This document shows, one piece after another, positions 1 to 12,061 of a stretch of 49,460 bases of DNA. A program made the translations under genes and the position numbers. A model generated the notes under the pieces. That model did no database searches and had not been told where the DNA came from. It saw only the letters and a program-made list of their open reading frames with translations. The first letter of the stretch is position 1. Each line of letters begins with the position of its first letter. Origin of the DNA: Octopus bimaculoides (Eukaryota); assembly GCF_001194135.2 (NCBI RefSeq), contig NC_068982.1:130574506-130623965 (forward strand), read 5' to 3'.

Positions 1-66
<66 letters not shown>

Positions 67-227
67 GACGGGCTTCTTTCAGTTTCCGTCTACTAAATCC
101 ACTCATAAAGTTTTGGTCGGCCTAAGGCTATAGTAGTTGACACTTGCCCAAGGTGCCACGCAGTGGGACTGAACTTGGAATCATGTGTTTGGGTAGCAAG
201 CTTCTCACTACACAGCCTCGCTTGTGC
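67..227 (-). mobile_element. tRNA-derived SINE family A (CORE-like), 5' part, followed by its TA/CA microsatellite
   Basis: The reverse complement reads as a tRNA-like head (..GTTCAGTCCCACTGCGTGGCACC), a CORE-like CCTTGGGCAAGTGT, then GAAACTGAAAGAAGCCCGTC. Homologous copies lie at 21178, 26748 and 42953. Confidence 0.85.
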
Positions 228-287
228 ATTTATATATACGAATGTATCTATGTATGTATATTTGATATGTATGTATCTACGTGTGCA

Positions 288-530
288 TATTGAAAGTGAC
301 TCCAAAGCTTCAGCTTGCTTTGTTTTCATCGGAAAAGGCCAAAACGTCAAGATCATTCTTCACGCTATTCTTGTTCAGGAATAATAAATATGTATGTAAA
401 TACGTACATATGTATACACAACAGGCTTCTGCCCCGTTTCTCTCAATCGAATTCATTCAAAGGGCATTTGTTAGCCCGAGGCTGTAGTAGAAGACTTTTG
501 TCCTAGATGCTACGTAATGGGATTGAACAC
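288..530. repeat. Left arm of a diverged inverted duplication (partner 1664-2159)
   Basis: Its reverse complement aligns colinearly with 1664-1813 plus 2050-2159. It contains a decayed family A SINE piece and unique flanking sequence. Confidence 0.85.
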
Positions 531-1120
531 GTGTATATACATGTCTGAGTGTACATACTCTCAAGATATATATATATTTCCCTGAGGAGAAGTTTACATT
601 TTTAACATCGCCGATTCCTATGGATCGCATAAATTGTAATTCTTCGAAACATATGTCGGAATAAAGTATGCAGTTATAACATGCGTTNNNNNNNNNNNNN
701 NNNNNNNNNNNNNNNNNNNNNNNNNNNNNNNNNNNNNNNNNNNNNNNNNNNNNNNNNNNNNNNNNNNNNNNNNNNNNNNNNNNNNNNNNNNNNNNNNNNN
801 NNNNNNNNNNNNNNNNNNNNNNNNNNNNNNNNNNNNNNNNNNNNNNNNNNNNNNNNNNNCAGTAAGCTTCTGAACGATCGCTCTCCACCAAATTCTCCTA
901 CACGAAAAAAAAAAAATGTCACTGACCAATTTATAAGATGGCATCAACATTGCCATGTGTTAAGTTTTATCAATAATGCATTGTTGATAAAACATAGAGG
1001 CAAGATATTTCCGAAAGGTGACTTGCGTTTATGACATAGATTAGAGAATAATCGAAGAAAGCCATCAATCTATTGGAATGTATCTGTTGATCACATCATA
1101 GGTTTCATCTGTTGCAAATC

Positions 1121-1143
1121 TTGTTGTTGTTGTTGTTGTTGTT

Positions 1144-1191
<48 letters not shown>

Positions 1192-1244
1192 CTTCTTCTT
1201 CTTCTTCTTCTTCTTCTTCTTCTTCTTCTTCTTCTTCTTCTTCC
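1121..1244. repeat. Compound microsatellite (TTG)n(TTC)n
   Basis: Seen directly; explains the poly-L/poly-F ORF at 1112-1294. Confidence 0.97.
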
Positions 1245-1814
1245 TTAATCAATCATGTCGTGTCTTTTTAAATTCCCCCTCCTACTTCTCATAATTCTCT
1301 GTTAGTATACACGCACGCACGCAGACGCACAAACATATATATCTTTAACAGCAGGGTATATATTATTCTCACGTCATATGACCCTGACGAGATGTTCATC
1401 CGAGCATCTGGTGAGTGTCAGGTGAAAGATGTGAACCGGATATAAACCTAACTCTTCAGCTAATCAGCTATGAGCAGAAAAAAAAACTGTTTAGTTAAAC
1501 AAACACACATAAACACAAATACACCCACACATGGATGGATACACGTAAATGATTAGCTGGATAGAATTGTTTCAGAGCAAATCAAGAAGTGTATCCTTTT
1601 ATTGAATTAATATTTATAGGCATGCCTATATGATTAAGAAGTCAATTTGCAATCAGTGATTATGTGTTCAATCCCATTACGTAGCATCTTGAGCAAAAGT
1701 CTTCTACTACAGCCTCGGGCTGACAAATGCCCTTTGAATGAATTTTGTTGAGAGAAAAGGTGCAGAAGCCTGTTGTGTATACGTATGTACGTACCTACAG
1801 ACATATTTATTATC

Positions 1815-2036
1815 AAGGCGGCGAGCTGGCAGAAACGTTAGCACGCCGGGCGAAATGCTCAGCGGTATTTCGTCTGCCGCTACGTTCTGAGTTCAAATTC
1901 CGCCGAAGTCGACTTTGCCTTTCATACTTTCGGAGTCGATAAATTAAGCACCAGTTACGCGCTGGGGTCGATGTAATCGAGTTAATATCTTGTTTGTACC
2001 CTCTATGTTTAGCCCCTTGTGAGCAGTAAAGAAATA
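1815..2036 (+). mobile_element. tRNA-derived SINE family B (Nin-domain-like centre), full length, with 13-bp TSD
   Basis: GGCGGCGAGCTGGCAGAA head, B-box-like GAGTTCAAATTC, centre GTCGACTTTGCCTTTCAT..CGATAAATTAAG. TSD ACATATTTATTAT at 1801-1813 and 2037-2049. Confidence 0.92.
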
Positions 2037-2389
2037 ACATATTTATTATTCCTGAACAAGAATAGTGTTGACAATGATCTCAACGTTTAGGCCTTCTTAG
2101 ATTTCATAAACAGCCCAATGAAAGCAAGGCAGGCTGAAGCTTTGGAGTTACTTTCAATACTGTTCTTGTAGAAGAATAAATATGTACTCCACAAATTGCA
2201 TTCACTATTTGTTCAATGTAAAATTGTTTGGTGTTTGTCTGTGTTTGCATGTGCGTGTGTGTGTGTGTTAATGTTTGTTTCTATGTGAAGTTAGAAAAAC
2301 TATCTAACATTTAACTAAGAGCTTACTCAATACTTTATAAATACAATACATATTCATAAACTCACAATTTGCTCTTGTTTTTTTTTCTG

Positions 2390-3510
2390 TGGAAAGTTTA
2401 TAATGCTATGATACTCAATTGTACCTAGCCGGAGATATAAATAGAATGCTCGTGCGAGTAACCTGAAAGCAATCCTCCTATTTGCTGACTTTTCTAGGGC
2501 CTTCGACTCGATGCAGAGAAGAAAAACTGGAAGATATACTTCATGCATATAGTACCCCAAAGGCAACTGTCAATTCTATCATGACACTGTATAGAAATAT
2601 CTAATCTATACTCATCATCCATCTTGGTACCTTACCTGTTCATTATATGTAAAGATTATGTTCTAAGTACCTCTGTAGATGAAACGAAAGACACAGAATT
2701 CACTCTTCACCAAAAGCAGACGTTTTCCAGCTGTGACCAGCACAGATGCTGACTATCCTGATGACTTGGCGCTACTAGCAATTAAAATTTGTGATACAAA
2801 GTCTCCCCAGAACAGCATTGAAACTGTTGCTAAAGGTGTTGGTCTCTACATCAACTCAAACGAGACAGAATATATGATGCACAACCAGAGCGGCAGACTT
2901 AACTCTGCATCTGGAAAATCCTTGAAAAATTTTGGCGAATTTACATACTGCGGAAGTAAAAGCGCAAAGGAAGATCTGTCCACAAGTGACGTTCATGTCC
3001 GAATCGGCTAAGCCTGGGCAGCTTTACATAAATTATCGAGTCTGGAAATCTAAGCTTCCATTAAATTTGTAACGTAATTTCTTTCAGGTAGTTTTGCAGT
3101 CAGTTCTGCTATATGGTTGTACAACATGGACTCTAAACAAGGTGTCTTGAAAAGAAAATTAACGGAACTTATACAAGAATGTTTCGAGCTGCTCTGGACA
3201 TCTGGAGGTAACACCCTACAAAAGAACTTCTCTGTAGTAATTTACCAGGAATATTACACGTCATTAGAGAAAAAACAAAATTTGCTGGACATTGCCGGAG
3301 AGCTTTGGAGGAGATCATCAGTGACGTTCTTCTTTGGGAGCCGAAACATGGTTATACAAATAATGGTCGACATCATCGAACCTAAATAAAACAACTGTCC
3401 GAGGACTTCAAGTGCACCCAAGAAGACATACCACGTGCAATAGCGGACCGAATAGACTGGAAAGAACGAGATACGTCAATCCGTGCAATAAGCACGAGCC
3501 AAACTGATGC
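2390..3510 (+). mobile_element. RTE-clade LINE, decayed RT and C-terminal region (5'-truncated, frameshifts and stops)
   Basis: Frame-hopping translation gives F.DFSRAFDS, AY..P..TVNSIM, D(Y)PDDLALL, GLYINSNETEYM, RIG*AWAAL, SVLLYGCTTWTL, FAGHC and LLWEP.HG, typical of RTE ORF2. Confidence 0.85.
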
Positions 3511-4266
3511 CAGCTCGCAAGATACAACTTAGAAGTCACTGTTAAACTTTTCCTTCGAAGCCACAATGACTGTCGGATATGCCAAAACAAAAAGTAGAAA
3601 AAATTAATACAATAATAAACGAGCAGAATTTACTCTGCTTATTACAATACAGCTTATGCAGCCTGTTATTTAATAGCAGTGTTTAGAGATCGACAAGTTT
3701 CTAGGTCAAGACGGAAGACAACAAACCAAATCCAAAATCTAGATTTGTTACTAAGAGTTCTATTGATACTCTCCGTGTTGTATAAGTGCTGGGACAGAGC
3801 CAACTAGAACTACTTAACAACTACGATAATGACGACAACGACGATAACGACCATGATAATAAACAATAACAAATTTTTAGGATATTAGAAAACAGCCATA
3901 TTTTAGATCACATGTCTGCCAGTACAGAATAGAATAAAAATACTTGTAATCATATCAGAACACGAATAAACTACCGTGACAGTTGTTTTATTTACCCCTA
4001 AGTTAAACCTCATCGAGTTGACCAATGATCAAAAGGCATTCCAGCCTTGACTATTCCGTCTTCGTTTTCAACAACAGCGTATCGTAGACTACATAATTGA
4101 ATCTAGTTCCGGTGGATTGTTGGAACACATTAGAGCTCCGGACGGGATATTTCTCAGTCTATATTCCACCTCTTTGCCTTCTGACAGTAACATTCGCGAC
4201 GACAATAGTGTAAAGTTATATAGGCTCTTGCCTTACTTTTCTTTTCCCTTGGAAAACATCAGTAAC

Positions 4267-4267
<1 letters not shown>

Positions 4268-4320
<53 letters not shown>
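4268..4320. repeat. (AG)n microsatellite
   Basis: Seen directly. Confidence 0.97.
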
Positions 4321-4323
<3 letters not shown>

Positions 4324-5539
4324 ATGCATGCATAGGCAACTGCTGTTCTGATACAAAATAGAGCTTGCCCAAGTCAACGCAGAAGATGTTGACACATAGT
4401 CAACCATGACCAGCAGATGCCGTAGATCGAATGTGTTCTGTTATAAAACAATACGCCATGTTTTAAGGGAACTCTGGCAGCTTTCTGGCAGGTCGAGCTA
4501 CTACATTAAAGTTCTTCCCTCTCTTAGAAATATCAAGAGAAATACAATGACGATGATGGAACGGGAAGTGGAGCTTTTTAACTGAGTAGTAAACTATTGA
4601 AATAATAAATTTGATTGACGAATACAGATTCATTTAAGAGCAATAAACAGAATAAAAGGAATATGAAATACAAAGGAACTTGAAACTAATAAGATTATTT
4701 GTCTAATTATATTCTACATAGTTCTTACATTCTCCATGATGTGTTTGTTTGTTAGCCTAATGTTCTATCACGATGCTGACGAGGTTAGAATGATGGATGC
4801 TTATTCAAAGCCAGCTTGGATGATGAAATATTTTCTATTTACTAAGCTCGATCATGGAAAACAAAACACACACACANNNNNNNNNNACACACTGAACCAC
4901 TAACTTTTAAAGGAAGTCGAAGAAGCCTATAACATCAGTAATATCATTAACATCGGGACCCAGTTTGATACTGTCCCTTGGGAAGCACGGAAAAAGGAAC
5001 ACAGTCGCCCAAGTTCATTATTTGTCTTTCAACTCCGTCATGGGAGCAGATAAACAGTAACATTTTTTCCCTCCAAAGCATATAAAAGAATTATAGTTTA
5101 ATATCTGTATTTATTTTGATATATATCGTTTGCTGTTTTCTTTTATTAATTTCTCGTATATTCCAGAATCGTCTTTCACAGTAAGTGGAATATACATATA
5201 CACGCGCAAGCTCACACACATATACATATGCATGCACTTACATACACGCATAGAAATACATATACATTCGTAATCTATGGGTGTCACTTTAACATGACAC
5301 ACCCATATCCTTACAAACCTGACAGTGGTAAGGGTATGAAGGCTATGTTGTTTGCAGTCACACGATATTTTGGTGATTAAAAAAACTCTTATTTGATTCG
5401 TTGGTTAACCATGTGGCTATTGGTTACACAATCTTGCGCAATATTTTCTCACGATTTCTCAATGAATGACATCATTATCATCTTACACAGAGGTGCAAGG
5501 TTCGACTGCTATGGGACTGTTCAGTGAAAAGGAAAAAAT

Positions 5540-5577
<38 letters not shown>

Positions 5578-5786
5578 AAATTGCATAATCGGTCTGTATA
5601 TCCCAACCAGCATCCTGCCATTTCCATGTATTTATGTATGTGCTTTGTTTAAATCTTACTGATACCAATGTTCCTGTCATTAGTTCGGGTTGCTGTATGA
5701 AGTACCAGAAATTTTATAGTAATCCACTGATTTCTCTGGTGATAATGCTATCGTCATCAACATCATCATTATCATCNNNNNNNNNN

Positions 5787-5996
5787 TGCTCGTGATCAGA
5801 GATGCACATAACATCAGTCACTAAAGGACATTCTCAACTGGTCATGGCCAAGCAATTGACAAGCAAATTTGTGGTATTGAGCAGAATATTTTGCTGTAGC
5901 CCGTCTTTTATACCAAGACAAAACATGTACATGACACTTACAATCAGTTAAGATCAGAAGCCATGAGAGCAAGTGCCGGGCACTACTTCAGGGCAT
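5787..5996 (+). repeat. Probable interspersed repeat 3' end terminating in a (CAT)n tail
   Basis: Non-coding segment ending abruptly in (CAT)n at about 5997-6045. Resembles an octopus repeat from memory; unverified. Confidence 0.4.
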
Positions 5997-5998
5997 CG

Positions 5999-6047
<49 letters not shown>

Positions 6048-6063
6048 TATTATTATTATTATT

Positions 6064-6275
6064 GAGGCGGCGAGCTGGCAGAAAAGTTACCGCGCCGGCC
6101 AAAATGCTTCGTAGCATTTCGTCCGTCTTTACGTTCTGAGTTCATATTCCGCCGACGTCGACTTCGCCTTTCATCCTTTCGGGGTCGATGAAATAAGTAC
6201 CTCTTACGCACTGGTGTCGATATAATCGACTATCCCCTTCCCCAAGTTTCAGGCTTTGTGCCTATAGTAGAAAGG
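6064..6275 (+). mobile_element. SINE family B, copy 1 of a tandem triplet
   Basis: Same head and centre as 1815-2036, different 3' tail (CCTTGTGCCTATAGTAGAAAGG type), then (ATT)n. Confidence 0.9.

Positions 6276-6371
<96 letters not shown>
6276..6371. repeat. (ATT)n SINE tail microsatellite
   Basis: Seen directly. Confidence 0.97.
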
Positions 6372-6373
<2 letters not shown>

Positions 6374-6568
6374 GGCGGCGAGCTGGCAGAATCGTTAGCA
6401 TGCCTGGCAAAATGCTTAGCTACGTTCTGAGTTCAAATTCCGCCAAGTTCGACTTTGCTTTTAATCCTTTCGGGGTCGACAAATTAGGTATCAATGAAAC
6501 ACTGGGGTCAAAGTGATAGACTAGTCGCTTACCCAATAATTTCAGGCCTTGTGCCTCTAGTAGAAAGG
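6372..6568 (+). mobile_element. SINE family B, copy 2 (small internal deletion in the head)
   Basis: AAGGCGGCGAGCTGGCAGAATCGTTAGC..GAGTTCAAATTCCGCC..TAGTAGAAAGG. Confidence 0.88.
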
Positions 6569-6608
6569 GTTGTTATTATTATTTATACTATTATTTAGTA
6601 GTAGTAGT

Positions 6609-6753
6609 AGGCGGTTTAACAAAATCGTCAGAGCGACGGAAAAACTTCTTTGCGGTATTAGCTCCATCTCTATATATTCTGTGTTCAAATCTCACCGAGG
6701 TCAACTTTGCCCTCCATCCTTCCTGGGTCGAGAAAATAAAGTACGAGTCAAGT
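6609..6753 (+). mobile_element. SINE family B, copy 3 (older, 3'-truncated)
   Basis: Diverged head plus GTGTTCAAATCTCACCGAGGTCAACTTTGCCCTCCATCCTTCCTGGGTCGA. Confidence 0.75.
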
Positions 6754-6814
6754 AATAAGTTTAATGTTATTTGAAGACAATATTGCTGGGCTTGTACTTA
6801 AGTTAGAAATCAAT

Positions 6815-7040
6815 ATTTTGTAGTAGTGGTAGTATTAGTAGAGATTGTAATAGTAGTGGTAGTGGTGGTGGTGGTGATGGTGGTAGTAGTTGTAGTAGTA
6901 GAGGTTGTAGTAGTAGTGGTAGTGGTGGTGGTGGTGGTGGTGGCAGTAGTTGTAGTAGTAGTGTTAGTGGTGGTGGTGGTGGTGATGGTGGAAGTAGTTG
7001 TAGTAGTAGTGGTAGTGGTGGTGGTGGTTATGGTGGCAGT
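6815..7040. repeat. Compound (GTA)/(GTG) trinucleotide array
   Basis: Seen directly; generates the spurious poly-Thr and poly-Val ORFs. Confidence 0.95.
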
Positions 7041-7696
7041 ATTTTCAACAGAGGTGGTTACTGTAGTGACAGAAAATTTAAATGTGATGGTAGGAATGAC
7101 AAAACATAAGGGACTAGGAAGAGAAGGCACAGACGAAAGGAGGAGAGCTAATCTAATTCATGTTTACTTCCAGCAATTCTAGGAGCCATAAATACGTTCT
7201 ATAACCAATCGAGGCTGCATGAAGTTTGAGTCAAAACCAGTCGAAACACAATCGTTATACTCATACAAACGCACAAACACATACACATATATAAATTTAT
7301 ACACATACATATTGTTTACTATTAAGTAAGAAAGTGACAGACAGTGTTTCTGGGAAAGAGGGAATAAATTATTTTTCAAATGGGAGACTATCCAAATGCT
7401 TGAAACAGAGTGTACCCCCACTTAAGACACCTAAGGGTAGATAGTGGTGGCATTAAACTGAGCAACGGAATAGGACTACCACCCAAGAAGGCACAATACT
7501 GAGAGCCGAAACAAATTAGTCGAGGTATATGTTCCAGCGATTTTACAATTCCGATGCCTTAGACGAGTCTTTCGGTATATTGTCTTCAAAACGACGAAAA
7601 GATAAGTTGCATTTCCATTCAGACCACTGAAACAAATGTCGTAAGAAAGTTCGTTTTACACACTCCGACTCTTTCAGTTTACGTGATTCACGTATA

Positions 7697-7829
7697 TTCC
7701 GCCGAGGTCGACTTTGCCTTTCATCCTTTCAGGGTAGAGAAATTAAGTACCAGTTGCGTACTAGGGTCGATCTAATCGACTGGCCCCTCCGCTAAAATTT
7801 TCGGGCTTTGTGCCAAGAGTAGAAAAGAA
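7697..7829 (+). mobile_element. 5'-truncated SINE family B with 19-bp TSD
   Basis: Flanks TTTACGTGATTCACGTATA (7678-7696) and TTTACGTGATTTACGTATA (7830-7848), one mismatch. Confidence 0.88.
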
Positions 7830-8077
7830 TTTACGTGATTTACGTATAGCAGGCATGCATGTATACATACATGCATACGTACATACATACATACATACAT
7901 ACATACTTACATACATACGTACATACATACATACATGCATACATATGTATGTGTATACATTTGTTTATGCGTGTATTTATATGTATGCATCTATATTTGT
8001 GTGTGAGTGTGTGCACTCATATACATGTATACATATATATATAAATATAATATGCATGTATATAAATATATTATACA

Positions 8078-8111
<34 letters not shown>

Positions 8112-8585
8112 NNNNNNNNNNNNNNNNNNNNNNNNNNNNNNNATATAAATTCATATGTATATACGGATAATTGTGCATACTTACACAATTTAATATGCAT
8201 GTATGTATAGTTGTATAGTTATATATGTGTCCTCTATATCTTATCAACAATCTTCAGCAGGCTTTACTTAGATATTGTTGCATAAATTTTAATAGAAATT
8301 TGAAAACCGAGAAATGGAAAGTAATTAGAAACGTGGACAATTGAAATAAATAAATGAATAATAAATTTATCTTCGAGCAGAACAAATGATTATAGACTCC
8401 CCCTACCACCACAAAAAATATGAAAAGTCACGAAGGGAAAATTATATAAAAATATGTATATAAGTCGGCGTGTATTTATGTGCGCCTCTTTATATGTATG
8501 TTTATATATAACAATATAGGCATATATGCGTTGTGTATGTTTAAGCCTTATGTTAGTAGAGACGGGCCAATGGTAATCTACTTAC

Positions 8586-8661
8586 GAACCCTCCCAAACT
8601 GATGATATGCGGTTGATGTTTAGCTTGAACATCTGTAGACTCAATGCTTTTGGTTGAAAAC
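8586..8661 (-). other. Candidate 76-nt exon of an unidentified host gene
   Basis: Acceptor ctactgcag| and strong donor |gtaagt. Two frames are open (FSTKSIESTDVQAKHQPHIISLGGF or FQPKALSLQMFKLNINRISSVWEG). No homology recognised. Confidence 0.25.
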
Positions 8662-9003
8662 CTGCAGTAGGATCTGTATTCCAAAAGACTGCACTTTTGA
8701 ATATAAAGAATGGACGAAGTGCTTCGTGGGAAATTTCGTGAGATGAGATTCAATAAAACGCAGGATTAAAGAGCTACAAGTGGTTCGTGTGTATCTGGCT
8801 GGATAGGGTATGCAGCTACTTGGTTCACATTAGATGAGCAGATAATTTTGTAAGAGTAATAGGAAAGAGAGAGAGAAAGAGAGAAGAGAGAGAGAGGGGG
8901 GGAAGTGAGAGAGAAAGAAAGAGAGAGAAAGAGAGAAGAGAGGTGGTGAGAGAGAGGTGGTGAGGGAGAATGACAGCGTGAGTGACAGGCAACAAAGAGA
9001 ATG

Positions 9004-9038
<35 letters not shown>

Positions 9039-9627
9039 CGAGAGAGAGAGAGAGAGAGAGAGAAAGGGAGAGTGAAAAAGCGTGAGAGAATGTGTGAGCA
9101 AGAGAGAAAGAGAGTGGGAGAATAGTGTGCCTGATATTATTTGTAGTATGTTGGTGCATGCAGTCAATGACAATCAGTGAATGTCCTTCTCTTGGATGCG
9201 ACATTGCTGGAACTGTGATATATAGGGATAGTCAATCTGATGACGGTGATCGTTTACAAATGTTTCCATATCTGAGACGCTGCAAATGAGAATAATAAAT
9301 GTGTGACTAACTAAACCATGAACTTCGAACAGTTATTTATGAGTTAAGTAAACCAATTCGCCATAAAATGTCTCTATAGTTTCCGTACTTTTCTTATCAA
9401 TACGTATTAGCATTAAATATCACCCCATCCACTACAAACTATTATTGTGCTTACATGCACAAGTAAATATGTATTTTCGAAATGCAAAGTAATCATTTAA
9501 ATGTGATTCAGAATATCAGACCATGATACATTTATTTTCCAATTTGTTTCAGATTGTAGTTTTAATGATAGACAAGAAAAACGCTATATTGTACAATAGA
9601 ATACCGTATATTTAATTTAATCCACAC

Positions 9628-9686
<59 letters not shown>

Positions 9687-10116
9687 TTGATTAAATACAC
9701 GGGGCAGTTTAGGAAATGTTTTTAAAAAATCTCTCTCTACTGGAATCTTATTATCAACTGAGCTTTCGCTTTTAAGAGTGAACGGGAACATTCTATATAT
9801 ATAGTCACTAACTAGAATAAACCGATTAGCATAAATAACACATTCATAGCAGCTATTTCCATTAATAAATTGCTGATGCATTAAGTAGTATTTTGTTTTG
9901 TTTTGAATAAATTTAAGATTCTAACCAAGGCACGTGTGTAAATTAACCTAAAATATGAACACTGGGCAACTGTAAACAACTGTCTTTTATACAATCTCTT
10001 CACTTCAATTTTAACAAGCTTAACGCGTCAGCAATTTAGAAAAGCAAAATGATTTACACTTAGCAAAGCAATTGATTTCACGTTAAAAACACTAGTATGT
10101 ATGCTCTGGATTAATG

Positions 10117-10192
<76 letters not shown>

Positions 10193-10348
10193 CATGTATA
10201 CGTATATATATATACACACACATACACAAGTAAATGTGTATGTTTGTGTATGTGTTTGTGTTTGTGTACGTGAGTGTGTATCATACATATACATATATAT
10301 ACACATGTATACACATATATATGCGTATATATGATATATACATATATG

Positions 10349-10394
<46 letters not shown>

Positions 10395-10396
<2 letters not shown>

Positions 10397-10655
10397 TTCA
10401 AAAACAATAACAAAAAAACAACAAAGTGAGGACGTGAAACGGATAGTGTTATTGGTCGCTCGGGAAAGTAAAGAGAGAGTGCATGACGTTTCGGGCGTAG
10501 CCCTTCGTCGGAAAGATGGAAAGTTTGGAGAATGGAAGAACGGAGAAAGAGGAAAATGGTACCGATGCCCACGAGGTTACATTGTGAAAAGACCGGAAGA
10601 GGAGGTGGTGGGGGAAAAGTTCTTTCTAAGACAGGAGAGTGAAAAAGGGAGATGA
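10395..10655 (-). mobile_element. Probable Penelope-like element terminal (pseudo-LTR) fragment
   Basis: Pyrimidine-rich tract leading into CCGACGAAGGGCTACGCCCGAAACGTC, the type of motif that ends Penelope-like elements. No ORF evidence. Confidence 0.5.
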
Positions 10656-10929
10656 ATATCTGTGCGTGCGCGAGAGTCTGCGAGTGTGTGTGTGATAACA
10701 GAACGTGTGTGTGCGTATGTATGTGTGTGTGGGTGCATGGTTTGGTGGTTTTATCTGTTAGTGTGTTTGTGTGTGTGTGTGTGTGTGTATGACGTAGTGG
10801 AAGGGATTAGTAGCAGGAATGGTTAGTGGATGCTTATAGACAGTGTTAGGTAGAAGGTCAACAAGCGGTTTTTTGAGTATGTATATATATATATATATGT
10901 ATGTATGTATGTATATATATATATATAAA

Positions 10930-11685
10930 CCTTAGATATGTTTCAGCCAAAGATTGGTCCAGGTCATGTCTAACCTAATAGCACCACCTGATAGGATTAT
11001 CTAAATCCTTTTTACAGTCAAGTTTTGTTTATCGTCCATTCAAGTAGTGAGTTCTTATTGAGTGAGTTGTATCCAGGTATGGGTGGCTTGTCTGGTATTC
11101 CTTGAAGAAATCTGTCTAGACTCCGTTTAAAGCTGATATGATCCTTTTCCTCTTTTATCTGTTTCGGGACAATGTTAAACAGGGCAGGGCCTATTGAGGA
11201 AAAGAAATTATGCCGCAGTGTACCTATATGATGTGATCCTGAATTGAGCAGGGGACGTATAGCTCGTGGTCCCAGCCTTGGATGAACCTTGAACCTAATG
11301 TTCAGGTCCTTTGGGTAATGTTGGCGGTATATTTTCCACATCGTACAAATGATGTACTGATCGCGGCGGCACTGGAGAGAGTAGAGCTTCAAGGCTCTAA
11401 GGCGGTCCCAGTAATCAAGATCAGGCATGCCTTCAATTCATTTGGTGAGTGCCCTCTGGGGTGATTCAATCCTCGAGATGTTTTGTTTTGTATGGGGAAA
11501 CCACAGGGGCAGCAGTATTCGAGGTGTGGCCGTACAAAGGAGAAAAGTGGAATGATGACACCTTGTTCTCTGGACCGGAAGGTTCTTAAGATCCAGGAGC
11601 TCATCCTACGAGCTATATTGTTGATGTGGGCACTCCAATTGAGATTGTTGTCAACAATTACACCCAGATCTCTGATATTGTTGGA
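10930..11685 (-). mobile_element. CR1-clade LINE 3' fragment (RT C-terminus and 3' UTR), frameshifted
   Basis: ORFs 11389-11718 and 11018-11428 give IRDLGVIVDNNLNWSAHI..FVRPHLEYC and LDYWDRLRALKLYSLQ.RR..Y..FKRSLDRFL..IPD.P, classic CR1 ORF2 motifs. Confidence 0.9.
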
Positions 11686-12061
11686 TATATATACATATAT
11701 ATATATACATATATACATATATTAATCTGAGTTTAGAAGGATATATTATCCGGGTGGATACCGTGGTAGCTCTCAGTTATGTTCCATAACCGCATCGATT
11801 AGTTTTTGACTTTTATGACTACTATGGGTTGCCANNNNNNNNNNTATGTATACATATATATACATATATACATATATTAATCTGAGTTTAGAAGGATATA
11901 TTATCCGGGTGGATACCGTGGTAGCTCTCAGTTATGTTCCATAACCGCATCGATTAGTTTTTGACTTTTATGACTACTATGGGTTGCCACTCACGCTGTA
12001 AAGATTCTTCGATGGGTAATTCCGTGTTCGCTTCACTGGATGGTAATAGTATCTGGAGTGC

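Noticed and set aside
4912-5052. Open frame EVEEAYNISNIINIGTQFDTVPWEARKK after ctaacttttaaag
   Set aside because: No convincing donor, no recognised homology, and short.
6810-7182. Thr-rich (mucin-like) and Val-rich ORFs
   Set aside because: Both strands are open only because of a GTA/GTG trinucleotide array; no splice or domain support.
11690-11988. Exact duplication of about 140 bp on both sides of a 10-N gap (11835-11844)
   Set aside because: Identical copies flanking a minimal gap are the signature of unmerged overlapping contig ends, not a real tandem repeat.
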